Notes under the pieces: generated by a model
Told to the model about the DNA's origin: nothing
Databases searched by the model: none
The model's input: the letters and a program-made list of their open reading frames with translations, nothing else
Source: Dicyema japonicum
Taxonomy: Eukaryota > Animalia > Dicyemida
Direction: 5' to 3'
DNA length: 64,000 nucleotides
NCBI GenBank assembly: GCA_011109175.1
Contig: RDEW01000009.1
Coordinates: forward strand, 578,875 to 642,874
Position numbers and translations under genes: made by a program
In this document: one piece after another, positions 38,590 through 52,066 of the stretch
Layout of the letters: every line of letters starts with the position of its first letter
Position numbering within the stretch: position 1 is the first letter of the stretch

Positions 38590-40600
38590 ATAAAATCGTT
38601 CTAAAGTCCAGCGGATATGATCGAGTGGCTGTTACCTCTGACTACTGCCAGGGATATCCTTTGGAAAAGCCACTCGGTTTCCCGACGCTCCCTCGAGGCT
38701 TTGGTCAATAGACACCCAAGTGCTCTAAGGAAAGAGACCGTCTTGGGGCCAAAGACTCCGCTCGTCTCGACGACCACTGGCTGTACATGGAAACGGTTTA
38801 GGAGGCTGCTGTATTTCTTTATTTTTGAGTTTTCATATAAACGGGCGGCCTCTCCCGCTTTCATTGCCGACCTCAAAAGTTTCGACTGGGAAAAGCTGTC
38901 AGTACAGGCAGCATCCCAAATTAAGCATTTGCCCCGAGAGAAGGGGAAGACAGTAATTCCATCGGGTCGCTTCCCATCATCCCTACTCAAGCCCGTTGGC
39001 TCTAGAATGGATGGGTATCCCGCCAACTCGAGGGCGCGCTTCACCACTTCATTTATAGCCTTGTGTCTAGCGAATCGACCTGCGCTTTTTCGACAAGAAA
39101 GGGCATGATGTCCATAGCAGTCGACCTTCCGGCCGCATCGGCACTCATGGGGTTGACAAACTTTCAATCCAAGTCTGATGGAGACTCCGGTGCGGACCGT
39201 TTCATCGTCTAGGTGAGTTCCCACTTTCCAATGGGTAGGGCATTGATCCAAGCCCCGCTCCACTCGCATCTTGCAGTTAAAAGACAGGCTCGTCGGTGTT
39301 GGTTAGATATTTTCAAAAGCCTCTCGTATTTATCCTCGCAAACAGACTCATAAAGGTCTCTCTGCCCGAGTTGTTTGACTTTAGGGTGTACCAAATCTTC
39401 GATCTTTGACGACTCTGATGGGAGCTGGAGAATCATCATGATCAAATTCTGATTGGAGTCCAATGAGGATTGATATGCCGGGTGTGCTAAATCAGATGGT
39501 GAGAGAATTCCGAGTCCACCAAAGCGAACGGGCAAGGTTGCTTGTTCCCATCCTTGTTCGTCGAATTCGACATTAGTAATACGTTCGGTCGTAGACCGGA
39601 ATAGGGAGTCAATCGCCCCGAGTTGTTGCATTTTCAGGTAACATGGAGCTCCTCGAAGGACGTAATTTAATTTCTGCGTGGATAAAGCGTTTTTCATGAG
39701 AAAAAGAGAGGTATGTGCATCCAGCATCCCAAGGCGTAAAAAAGTTTTTCTTAGTTGCTGTTCTTTAGCCAACAGAGTGTCGTTAATTCCAGTTTCAGCC
39801 AGAGGGCATCCAAGTATTTCCAAATGATCCGGCTCGATTTCCGATATTTTAGGAATAATCCCCCGAAACATTAATAGGATCCGATTCCATTCATATCGGG
39901 AGAATCCATAATTAACAATTTCGCATTTGGATGCGTTTAGCTTTAAACCAAGCGTATCCAATTGGGTTAGTAATCTCTGTAGACAGTCATATACATTGTT
40001 AGGATGACCTCCCAGGGTGCAATCATCCAAATACCACACGTTCAGCGGAGTAGTAAGGCATCTCATGACACGGTCGACACCGAGGCAGAGCAATGCCGGT
40101 CCTAGTGGGTCTCCTTGCTGAACCCCACACGACGAGGGAATGAAGTATTTCCCATGTACAAGACTGGACGGTTTTCCATACGAACAATGAACATAATTAT
40201 ATATAGACGGGTAATGGGTAAGACAATCTTCCAAAATTACATCGCGCCGTATGGTATTGAAGGCGTTTTTTATGTCAATCTTGAGGACTACACAAGGCAT
40301 GTTCGTTCTGTTTCCAGTAAACATCCGAACGGCATGAACCGCCGCCTCACATCCACCAGGAGTACCGACCCCTACTTGGGTTGGTCGCAGTTGTTTGACG
40401 AGCATCGGAAGGATTGCTCTGCTAGCAAGTTTAGAAGCCAGTCTACAAAAAACAAACCCAACAGCAATAGGACGAATTCCTCCTCCACTCTTATTTCTTA
40501 AAATAAAGTGCGAGTTCCCCCTAAGGTGAGGTTTAAGTAATAGAAACATTACCTACTCTTGCCGGAAGGACTGTTTTTCAGGACTTTAGGATCCCTATGA
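38590..40600 (-). mobile_element. CRE-like non-LTR retrotransposon, 3' 2 kb nearly intact
   Basis: 446-aa ORF (GIRPIAVG, QVGVGTPGGCEAAVH, DIKNAFN, GVQQGDPLGP, WYLDD) plus 222-aa ORF (CRCG..H..SC, GKRPDGIT, WDAAC, VETSG) separated by one frameshift near 39230. Confidence 0.93.
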
Positions 40601-40685
40601 TTTACTTCAGTTTCATCAAATGTAGGCCGTGTTAATCCATACATAAGCTATATATAACTAAAAAAATTAAGTAACTCAAAAAAAA

Positions 40686-43055
40686 TATATGGCTCCCATG
40701 CGGCGTGGTGGCATTTGAAAGAAAAGAGTTACACTTTTTTATCCTTCTGAGATGGACAAGGAAGGTCTATGCCGATGTGGAGATGTCTAACCAAACCCTT
40801 TAGAATAGTTCAACTGAATTCAAATGGAATCAAGAGTCAAATACTTGAACTTTGGACTTATGTGGAGAAATACCACATCGACATATTACTACTTCAAGAG
40901 TCCAAAGTTTCCGGCAGCAATGCAACTCCAAGATTCCCAGGATTCATGGTCATTTGTCGCGACAGCCGTGGGTAACTTGATGGAAGTCTTCTTATTGTCA
41001 TTTGTAACGGAATTCCATACGAGGTTATCACTGACTGTCTATTTTATGCTCCATGACTGTGGAAATCTCGAACTTGTGGCAACCAAAATCAGATTCCTCA
41101 GACTTTCTCTAACATTAGTAAACGCATATCTCCCGTCTTTAATTTCCTGCCCCTCCAGTGCTCCCAGATTACCTCACTGAAGGATGCAATTATCTGTGGT
41201 GACCTCAATGCGAAGCATCCATTATGACTAACAGGACAAGCCTATGACAAAAGGGGGAAGATGTTAATTGAGGACCTTCACAGTCTCTTCATTCTCAACA
41301 ATCCACATTTCCATACAAGAACACCTACTCGACGAAATAATAAACCCTCTTCCATCGACATCTCACAGTCATCTCCATCCCCGGTCCCTTTTATTAACTG
41401 GTCCGTAAAATATGACACCAGGAGCGACCACAATCCAATATTTTAAAAGTCAAAACGAGAAGACGGATGAAAGGACAGTGTCGAAGATAATTAATTACAT
41501 CCTTGGGAACTGGAGAGATTCAAAGACTATGTCAAAAACGCAGTTGGTCTTTTTCAGTTTCACTACAACCTCAGTTGAAAAATGGTTAGATGGTTCAAAT
41601 TATTCTCCCCAGGTAAGGAAGTTATTCATCCAGATGGGCCGACGTTTTTCCTCATCAAGAAGATATGATACTCGGAAAAAAGCTCCTGATCAAAGAACGA
41701 AACATTTTGAAGAAGAACCATTTCAAAAATGAAGACATTGTCAGAATACATTCGCTAAACAGAGAAATAGACAAACAAATCAAGGACACGAGCACAAAAA
41801 GGCGGACGAAGATATCACGAGATCTCTCTGTAAACCCTTATGTTATACGGGTCTGGAATACGATCAAATCAATCAAAAACTCCACTGCACAACATCAAAA
41901 ATCCATGTTAATCCCAACACTCTAATTAACTATTATACTTCAGTCTCGCACAAAGATTTCTTCTTTTTACTTGAAGAGGATAAGACCAGAAACCTCCACA
42001 GACTGGATCTTAGTCTCCGGAGCGAATGTTTGTCGGATAATATTCAGAAAGCGGAAATTAGGAGCCAGATTCCATCTCCACTATGCAGCTGGGGGGGATC
42101 TGGGTCCTCTGGCGCTGGAAATGCTAGCTCCAATATTCAATACGTCGATAAATACAAACTGTAGCCAGGAAGTTTGGAAGAGGTCTCACATAATACCAGT
42201 TCGTAAAGCAGGCAAACCCGTAGACCGACATCAATCCTATCCGCGTTTTCAAGAATTCTCGAAAGGATGGTCCTCGATTGTATTCATTACAATGTCTGCC
42301 TTTCAACATGGGTTCAGAGCAAACCATTCAACTTCGACTCATTTGACGACCTTATCCAAATTTATTTCTGAAGGATTCAAAACGCCGAAGCAAAATTTAA
42401 GGACTGTTCTTGTTTTTCTGGACATTGCCAAAGCATTTAATTCAGTCTCAAAAGTCCCTAACGAAAAGGACATTTGAGACGGATATCCACCCTAACCTGA
42501 AATGGCTCTAACTATAGGCGTGGGCAGGTAATCTGCAACAATGTGAAATCGAAGACACGCTTTCTCTCAAATGGGGTTCCCCTGTTACTGTCATCAACAC
42601 TATTCAACTTATATACACGATATAGCCGGGTGGCATAGTGGTTAGATGTCGGGCTTAAGTGGCTTAGGCTACGGGTTCGAATCTCGCTGCTGTTCGTTCA
42701 CCTGGTGGAAGGTTCCACGCATCTACGATGCAGAAAGGGTTTGACGAGTGACGCCGTCATCAGTGGATACTCACTGCGGAACTGGATGTCTAGAAAGGAC
42801 ACTCACACAAGAAAAAGAAAAAAAAGAAGTGAAGATCATTCCTTGGTTCTACGATTAGTTAAAATTAACTGTTCTTTACTTAAATAAAGTGTGTGTCCTG
42901 CCTATGCGGAGCTATAAATACTATGGCTCTCGTGAAAAGGCTATTATTATTATTTATTATACACGACATGCTGCAGCCAATAGGCGATAACTGTCTCCTA
43001 CTACCGCAGGCAGACAACATTGTCATTGGTGGAAGGGACAGGTACTATGAGAAAC
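40686..43055 (+). mobile_element. Vingi-like LINE (decayed) interrupted by a SINE
   Basis: Decayed pseudoknot, CGDV*PNP, VQLNSNGIKSQILEL, LDIAKAFNSV; the RT frame LFNLYIHD|MLQP..QADNIV continues across the SINE. Confidence 0.85.
42621..42957 (+). mobile_element. tRNA-derived SINE, full length, 9-bp TSD
   Basis: A box tggcatagtggtt, B box ggttcgaatc; tatacacga at 42612-20 and 42958-66. Confidence 0.9.
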
Positions 43056-43289
43056 CAGAGTCTCACATGCGTCGTGGCTTTTGAGTGTAGCCAGACGTCC
43101 CAGCTTTTTGAGGAACTGAGGTTGTCTCAACTACGATGGGCCGAAGCGTCAACTTGTCTAATAGCACCAAGTATTTGTTTCCTTAGATTTCATAGCTTTT
43201 TCCGCGAAATATAGCGTGTCTACCCCGTCCCGATAATGTTGGAGGGACAACGGGGGTCAATGCACGAGACATCCATACCAATGGCTTCC

Positions 43290-43990
43290 CCTCTTTGAAC
43301 AGAAAAATCGCAATTCCGTCCGACCGTTTTTTGTCTCCTCTGTCAGGTCGACTGATTCAAATATGGATCAGCAAATTCCAGAACTCGCTTCACAATTCCG
43401 TTTATTGCCTTATGTCCTGGGAATCTTCCTGCGCTTTTTCAGCAAGAAAGGGCATGATGAACATAAAAAATCGACGGTACCATCGCACCTGCACTTGTGA
43501 GTCTGGCAAATCTCCAGTCCAAGTCTGATAGAGATACTGGTGCGGACGGAATCTTCATCAAGGTAGGTCCAGGCACTTCCGATCGGGAAGGAATTGATCC
43601 AAGCGTCACTGCAATCGCATCTTCCAGTGACCAGACATGTAGTTTGATCGATTCAGAAGTCTCTCATATTTATTTACCCAAATGGACCTGTAGAGGTCTC
43701 TCTGCTCAGGTGATTTGACTTCCAGGTGCTCTATATCTCTGACGATTATGTTGGAAGTTGAAGAATAATCTTGATCAACAGCTGACTAGAGTTCAATGAG
43801 GATAGATATGCAGGGCGCGCTAAATCCGTGGGAAAGTGGATTCCCAGTCCGCCAAAGCGACCGGATAAGGTTACTTGGTCGTTAAATATAACGTTCGTAA
43901 AACGTTCGGTAATAGTCCAGAAGAGACATTCGATTGTTCTGAGTTGTTTTATTTTCAGGTGACAAGATGCCCCTCCCCGAAGACTCAAAG
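43290..43990 (-). mobile_element. CRE-like fragment
   Basis: RFGGLGIHFPTDLARPAYLSSL, similar to the 39.5 kb region. Confidence 0.7.
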
Positions 43991-44319
43991 TTCTAAACGA
44001 AGGAAATGTTGGATATCCGTAAAACCTGGTTCCAATCCCGTCGAGCCCTAAAATAAAGAACTTGTAGGATCATCTATAAAAAAACTGAATGCATGGGGCC
44101 ATACTTGAAATGATTCTATGTATGCTGCTAAAAAATTTATTATCGAAGAAGAACTATCAAGGTTAACTATTTTCACGTGTCTTTGCTTCCGTCCTTAGCA
44201 AAAAATTTGTCGAACTCTTTACTATTATCCACTTGCACTGTAAGTTGCAGAGGAGGATTCGTACGACGTGAGTCAAGAGACAAGCTATCAAGAATTGTAT
44301 GTTGTTAATAATATTATTA

Positions 44320-46110
44320 TCTAACCCCGATAAAGGGAACACCAAGAAAGAAGGAGTTCAATCATCTAATTAAGTGATCCCGATAGAACTCAACAGGGTC
44401 GAAAGCTTTTTGCTGAGCTCCTCCATAGTACCCACAGCTATTCTGAATCCACGAAGTTCCTCTTTCATGATAATTTTGAGAAGTGTGGGTTTTTTCCAAA
44501 TTTACGTGTATCAGTGGCTTCTATCGCTGATTGGTAGAAGCGATTGGATTCCGAGCCGCAGAGAGTGATGAACCCGGAACCATTGTTCCAGATTACCGTG
44601 TTGTCGAGTGAAGAGGGAATAGTTGAGCGAAGAAGTTGATTATTTGGACCATTTTTGCTCTTAGGGAATTTATCCTGTAGAAGTTTGAAATTGAAACTCC
44701 GTAAGCCCATAACTGTCTCCTCCTTTCGTATAATCTACCGTCGGCTTCAAGAACTGGTAATACAAGACGGCAACCCATTCTTGTGACAGCTGGGTCCTGA
44801 AGTTTAGCAATGTTGCGATGACGTTGAGTTTCCGGAGGCCCATTGTCAGAATGTCCTACACACGTTGGGAGAGAGTCACTCCAAGTATTCTTGGAAGTGT
44901 TTTCATTGGAATAATGTCACCATGAAAACTGATTTCTAGTGTATCCATTTGTCTTCAATCGGTTGTAAAAATTGTATATGAAGATTTTTCCGTGGATATG
45001 GAAATTCGGTTCGAAAACAGCCAAATCCCGAGGATGTGTGCTTAATAGGATTCTCGGGACTGAATCAAATGGTTTTTGGAAGTCTAACAAGACTAATACT
45101 ATCCGTAGATGCCGCTTAGGTCCATTGAAGTCTTCCGATATAAATTGTGTCAAGGAAATTATGTGTGTTGTTGTAGAACGTTCCGATCTGAATCTGTGTT
45201 GGTAGTGATAAAAGGGCAAATGAGGTTTAAGTACGAGTTTTTATATGAGGCGCCATAGCGCGCAGTGTGACGGTTGCAGGGCTAGAAGCCTGAAGGTCGT
45301 TAGTTCAAATCCCGATACTGTACATTCGGTTAAAGGTTCCACGCATCATATGCTTTGGCTTGACGAGTGACGCCGTCAACAGTGAACACTTACTTCACTG
45401 CGGAACCTGATCGTCTGTAAAGGACATATACGCAAGAAAAAGAAAGCAAAAAGTGAAGAGCATTCCTTAGTTCTCCCCCTACGATTAGTTATAATAACGG
45501 TTCTGTAGGCGACAGGAGTGAGTCTTCGAAAATTCCTTGTGACTTATAGAGACGTTATACCTCATCAGGTTGTTAGCTTCCTCAATATTTGGAGCAGGGC
45601 GAGATTATTTCATTGGATTTGTTTAATTTGATTCGAAGGATAGTATTCCAAAGTAGTCTCGTAGATTTCATTTGTCCAATATATGATAATAGTCGGTTCA
45701 AAGACTTTTCTTTCTTTTGATGAGGGTTGTGATTCTTTGATTTAAACATTTTATATTCTTCAGGTCAGATAAAGTTGGTTCATCTTCAGAGCATTCCTCT
45801 TTTTTACAAGTGAACGAGTCTCGGAATCGAGCGTAGTGTTATAGAAATTATACACTGCTTGAGGGACAAACAGTTTTTCTGCTCAGAGGATTACACGGTT
45901 TAGATGATCCACTCCCGTTTCGATAGAATCAAATATACAAGGATTAAATCTCATTAGGTTACGGTCGATAAATAGCTTGAAATTTGGCCAGTCTGCTTTC
46001 TTATAGTTCTTGAAGGTTGTTTTGTTCCTATGTGAGCTTTTGATTGGATTATGATCATTATGGAAGTCGTAGAAGGCGTTCCATTTCTTCCTCAAGGATT
46101 GCCTTGACTG
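44320..46110 (-). mobile_element. Vingi-like LINE (decayed) with a SINE inserted at about 45250
   Basis: NDHNPI..NYKKADWPNF, QHRFRSERSTTTH, LDFQKPFDSVPR, terminal gggatcacttaattag. Confidence 0.8.
45250..45500 (+). mobile_element. SINE with a different tRNA-like head and the same core
   Basis: Head gccatagcgcgcagtg...agttcaaatccc followed by aaggttccacgcat...tgacgagtgacgccgtca. Confidence 0.8.
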
Positions 46111-46219
46111 GCCGAGTAAAGTTGGCTTATTATTTATTCTAATAATAAATAATTTTTTAAGGAAAACTTATCGGTGAATTGCTCATCACCCACGGACCCT
46201 GAAGCAATCCTACGACTCA

Positions 46220-48140
46220 TCATGGAGCAACAAACATTATATCCGTAATAGATGACGCACTCACGTCCAATGACCAAGAGGCATGGCTCAAACTTCTCGG
46301 TTTCGCCCCGCTCGCACTTGGCATACCATTCATCGAGTCAAAGGAACAACACCGGAACAAGAGAAAGTGCGACACGTGGGAACTCACTTTCCTCGAAAAT
46401 GAAGAAGAACATACAGGTTTTCCACGCATATTCTCTCACCAAGACGGAAGTCCTGAAACCAAAAGACCCGGATGCCAATCCTCCGTTTTTTGAGTGTCGG
46501 ACAAACACAACTTCACCAGCATTCAGGCCCCGCAAATTTGTACCCCCTCAGCCAAACAACCCCCAATCCTGTCAAACTCAAAGAGGGGGTTAATCGAAAA
46601 CTTCTCGAAGGAAATATCAGAGCAGCTTTACAGGTGGTTGCTTCGGATGATACAGTACTTTCCCCGTCTCCGGCTGTTCATGAGACGCTAAGAAGAAAAC
46701 ATCCAAACCCTCAGGACGACCTTTGTATACCTACTACTCTTGAAACCATTTTAAAGATACCTATCAACGTGAGAGATGTGCGACTCAAGATTGCATCTTT
46801 TGCTGCCAGCAGTAGCGGAAGACTGGATGGACTGCGTTCGGGTCATATCAAGGATCTGACGTCTGGTCCTACAGCTGAGGCTGGACATATTCTCACTGCG
46901 TCGATCACTAATCTTACCTGCAGTATAATCAATGGGGATATTCCATTACATGCACGGGACCTTCGCTTCTCTGCTCACCTACTGGCATTCAATAAGAGTG
47001 ATGGAGGCGTCCGTCCCATTGCATTGGGGAACTATTTCCAAAGATTAGCTGCGAAAATTGCTTCCAGGCTTGTCTCTTCAAGGATCAGTGTGGAATTACC
47101 CCCAATTTAAGCTTACGTTTCCCGAAATTGCAATTCGTTCTGCGGAGTTCCCCGTGCTTCGGCCATCGAGATTTGCTACTGAGCCTGGATCAGACGCTAA
47201 AGCAAACAGTCGAGTCACTCTGAATTTACGTTTTGACGAACTGAGTTGGACACAATGTAAACTTCCTTCAAATCTCGGAGGAGTTGGCCTAAGATCGGGT
47301 TTAGAGATCGCCAATCTGGAATACCTATCGTTGCTTCTAGCTGCAGTCATCTCGTCCGATAAATCCTACGTCACCAAACTGGAATTCCTTGGACACAATA
47401 TTTGACGAAACTTGCTTGCAGTGGAGGAAAGCAGGATTTCCAATCCCATAAATGTCTTGAATCAGAACAAATGGGACACAATTTCCTGCAATCCTATCGT
47501 TGATAGCCTAAAGCAAGAGTCGAATCAACACCGGCTCGCCTGTTTTTTATCTGCTGCACAACATGGGAGTGGTGCACGGCTCCACGCATGCGCTTCTTCG
47601 GAACTCTGATGGACGACGACTGTGTGAGAATCGGAATAGCACAATGATTGGGACTTGACGTCTCCCAAAAACACAGATGACGCTGTGGAGTAACAGTTGA
47701 CACTAAAGGATTACATCCACTGTCTTGCAAAATGAGTGCAGGTTGCTCACCTCGTCACACCGCATTGATTAATGTCATTCTGCGAACCCTCGAGGCAGCA
47801 GGCTCAACTGGAGTTTGTCGGACTGGATCGTGGAGATGGCAGAATGACGCTTTTTTCCATATTCACACGGAAAATCATTGGTCTGGGATGTAACCTGTGT
47901 GGATACCTTCTCCACTTCTATCTTTCTGAGATCTGCTTAGAAACCTAGATCTGCGGCCAACGCAGCAAAATTGGCCAAAATCCAGAAGTACTCGGCATTG
48001 GAGACCGATACCGATTAACACAAGTGGCTATAAAAACGTCGGGAACCGTAGGATCCCTCATTGAGGCCTTTCTGAAAGAAATAGGAGGGAAACTAGCAAG
48101 CCAAAAAAGAACCCCGCGAATCGTTCTGGCTAAGACATAA
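46220..48140 (+). mobile_element. CRE-like element with internal RT deletion
   Basis: GRLDGLRSGHIKDL, DGGVRPIALGN, then jumps to CKLPSNLGGVGLRS, LHPLSC, VWDVTCVDT. Confidence 0.85.
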
Positions 48141-48358
48141 TTATTATTACAGCACTTATCGCCTTGCCATAATAGTTATAGCAAAGCATGTGCAATACAA
48201 GCTAAGACATAATAAATAATTATAATCGAGACAAGTGATCCATAACATAAAGTTTTTGTTGCGTGGCCTATGGAATGGCTCGTTGGAGTAATAAGTGCTT
48301 ATAAATGTATATTATTTATGCTAATTATATTACATTTAAATTTAAATATTTTTTTGTT

Positions 48359-50581
48359 ATGGTGGAGAATTTTGATGACAGAGTTGAAGTTGCTCGAAGA
48401 TGTGTTGAAACGAATCCAAACAACAAAGAAGCATGGAATATGCTAATTGCTGATTCACGGGTTTATCTTATAATATTTACTGCAGAACAAACCCATCGAA
48501 GAGTGCAGAGAGTTTTATGAACAATTAGTAAGGCAATTTCCAACACGTGGAATGTACTGGAAATACTATGTAGACAAATTAATGGTCACACGCGATTATG
48601 AGGGTGTTGAAGAAGTATTCAATCGTTGTCTAAAGAATGTATTGCACGTGGGACTATGGACAGCCTATTTGAATTATATAAAGGAGACAAAATATCCAAC
48701 TCAGTCATATCGGTATTGCCATGTAGTGATGTTAAGTGAAAGTATGGCTAAGGCATATGACTTTGCTATATCCAAGATTGGTCTTGACTATTTTTCATTT
48801 CCTATTTGGAATGATTACATAACCTTCCTGACGAGCGTGTATTAAATATTATAATTGTGACAGACAAACCATGAAAATGTCATCTGAGGGATTGAGAATT
48901 CAAATGATTAGGAAGATATTCCACAAGGGAGTTACCACGCCTATGGAGAACATTGACTTACTTTGGAATGATTATTGTCACTTTGAACAAGTCCACAGCC
49001 AGGCCATCTCCAAACGACAAATTGAGGATAAGAGACAGGAATACAGTACTGCCAGAGATGTCGCTAGTAAAATAAATACATTCATATCGCAAATTGATAA
49101 TTCTTCCGGGGATTCTCTTTTCAAAATATGTAAGGAATACATTAGTTATGAAAAGTCTAATCCAATGAATATTAATGATATGGCTTTGTTCACTGATAGA
49201 TGTACATGTTTGTTATATTTAGTAATATTTGTGTATGACAAGGCACTGCTGTCATTAGGACATAATTTAGAGATATTGATTGATGAGACTGTATTTCTCG
49301 AACAGATCAGGGTACACGTGGTTAGACAAGGAGTTTGTTGTTTACGATAATTAAAGGACGTTAATTTGATAGACAGATTAACGAACGAAATATCCCGAAT
49401 ATATGAGCAGGCTAATGATGACTCGCTGTTACTGCATTTGTCCCATGCAAAGTACGCTGAGGTTGATTTCCTTAATATTTCAGAGTTGTATGAACTATTT
49501 CAAAGTGCATTCCATTTATAGAAGTTTGCTCGCTAAAGGTGAACTTGTTGACCTCATTTACATTCACTATATGAGGTTTATTAGGAGAGTGGAGGGACTT
49601 ACATCAGTGAGGACACTGTTCGTAGAGGCCTGTAATAATCCACTGACAACATATCGTATATATGTAGCATTTGCTTATATGGAGTATTACTGTAATAAGG
49701 TTGTGTTTTTATTCAATACAGAATAAACATGTCCCAATTAAAATATTTTCTTTAGCTCTTGACAGATTTGGGGAGGAATGTAAGGAATTGATCAATGAAT
49801 ATTTGGAGTTTGTTTTGTCATTAAATGGTATTATTGTATTATTATGTTGATGATGGAATTATCCAGACTGCATTTGCTAGATATTTTCCTAATGATAGGT
49901 TATTTCCGTTATTACTGTAGACTACTTATTGGAAAATATGCCAACTTTGAGTCACATGTGGGTGATTTGGCTGCTATCAACAAAGTAGAAAGCCATAGAT
50001 TGAATTTATATGATGACGTATGTTTGATTGTTACTGTTAGGGGGATATTCTCACTCGTATTGCTGAGAGGTACTCTATTATGGATATGTGTCCTCTGCAT
50101 ATATGTGATGTGAGTACTGCTGATGTTAATTTAATTAATGAGAAACAATCAAATGTGGAAGTACAGTCGGTTAGACCAGACACATCTCAAATGCTTGTAT
50201 ATAAACCAAGATCGGGATTTATCAGTAATAATAATTTCCTAATTAGACACCTCATTTCATCCAGTTATTGGAGGACAATACCCTCCCATTGCTTCATTAG
50301 AATACCTTAATTCATCTCTTCCTCCATCTAATTTATTTACAGTTTTTGATTTACTTATACCAAGGGGCCATTCGTCAATGTTGACAAACTTATAGAAGTA
50401 ATAGTATCACTACCACTTATTGACACTAAAAGTGCTATTATGTAATTATTTAGATAACGTTATGTCGGGAATAGACGAACTAAAGAATGCTGATCCTGGT
50501 TGTACTGCTTATTTGGACAGTCGTGTGGACACTACCAAAGACACTTATGTGGATATTTATAGTAGTAGACATTTAAAATAA
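48359..50581 (+). CDS. CSTF3: Cleavage stimulation factor 77 kDa subunit (HAT repeats), multi-exon
   Basis: REFYEQLVRQFPTRG.YWKYY, FNRCLK.VLHVGLW..YLNYIKETK, AYDFAISKIG.D..S.PIW, IHYMRF.RR.EG, RPDTSQMLVYKP, GPFV.VD, DIYSSRH. Confidence 0.93.
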
Positions 50582-50601
50582 GAAACTTATTCCAAACAAA
50601 G

Positions 50602-52066
50602 TTAATTATTAATTGTAGTGCATATTCGCTCACATAATAAGCAAGCATGTATTCCTGCTGCCGATATTTGAGTTACTTTAAATCCACTTAATATTACAAT
50701 CGGTAATACCTGGGAACTTGGAACAATATGGGAGTCGGTTTGGTAACAAACATTGTACTATCACTTTCCCCTTGACCAAGATTGCTAGAACAGGCACCCC
50801 ACGAATACACAATACCGTCATCTCCCAGTGCAAATGATGATACTGGTCCACAAGCACATTGTACAAATTTGATGCCAGAATCCACCTTAACAGGATCACA
50901 ACTAATGTTATTTTCTAGGTTCTGGTCAACTCCTAATTGACCGTAAACATTACGTCCCATAGAGTACAAATCCCCTACAATATAGCACACAATTAACCAT
51001 TATTAAATAATAACAATGTATGGTGATCCCCAACCGCAATCTGTTTAATGGTTGAGTCTAAATTCCTTAGTATTACTGGACTATATTCATCGTTGAATGT
51101 GTCAATCCCTGGATAAATCAACTAATAACCGAGTTGTCCAAAATTGTTGATTCCGCATCCATAAATACCAAATTTTCCATTTTTGTCCTCCAATATAAAA
51201 AAAGTATTTCTTCCCCCACACCAAATATCGATGATCTTTGAAGTTATTCTACAATTGACAGGTTGGGGGGTCAAAAAAATATCTAAACTATAAAGGTAGA
51301 AAACCTTTCTTATCATCAAATCGTGAAGAAAAACAACTAGCAATTCGTCCCAACTGTCCTGACTCGGGGGTGCCTATAGTTATATCACAGAGCAACCAAG
51401 TGTGTAAATCTTCCCATCGGTCGATAATATTCCCAAATGGTTGTAGCCAGCAGATATTTTCTTAACTGGAAAGGTCAACTCCATACGTCGAAACTGTGGT
51501 TCCTTTAGGTCTCCTCCTGGGAATAATCCGAAATTTCCATCTTTATTCTAAATTGTCGCAAAAATTAGTACTCTGAATGTCCCACATAAATATATTATTC
51601 CACAATCACTGAGGACCGCAGTAAAGTTATCTCCTGCAGCAATTTGAACTGCCTTAAAGCCAGTTTCCACTTTAGAAGGTACTCCCTCCTCATCAATGTC
51701 CTCAACAAGTCTGCCCAATGCTCCGTCATCATTGCATCCAAAAGTAACCACCTATAATTAGAAATAGTGCATTACAGAAGAATCTGACAATATTGCGGTC
51801 GTATGCATTCCTCCACAGGCCACTTGAACGACTGGACTATCAATCTTAGAAATGAGGCAGGGTTTGTATTCCTCATCGATTGATTCACCCAAACCCAACT
51901 GTCCAGCCATATTACTCCCCATTGAGTAGAGGCGAGATTGGAAGTTTGAATCACATTTGAGTGAAATGAAACTATTCCCTACAATTAAGTCATTTATCGT
52001 ACATCATAGGTTTGATTGTCTTTTAGACTTATTTGCGATATACTTAGAACCTGGGCGTTTAGACAT
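50602..52066 (-). CDS. RCC1: Regulator of chromosome condensation 1, multi-exon; start uncertain
   Basis: MGSNMAGQLGLGE..QVACGGMHT, TFGCNDDGALGR..QIAAGDNFTAVL, GCGINNFGQLG, SMGRNVYGQLG, YSWG..SNLGQGE. Confidence 0.88.

Noticed and set aside
42621-42695. Possible tRNA genes here and at 24338, 34807 and 45250
   Set aside because: A and B boxes are present but acceptor stems do not close, and most continue into a SINE body with a tail and TSDs
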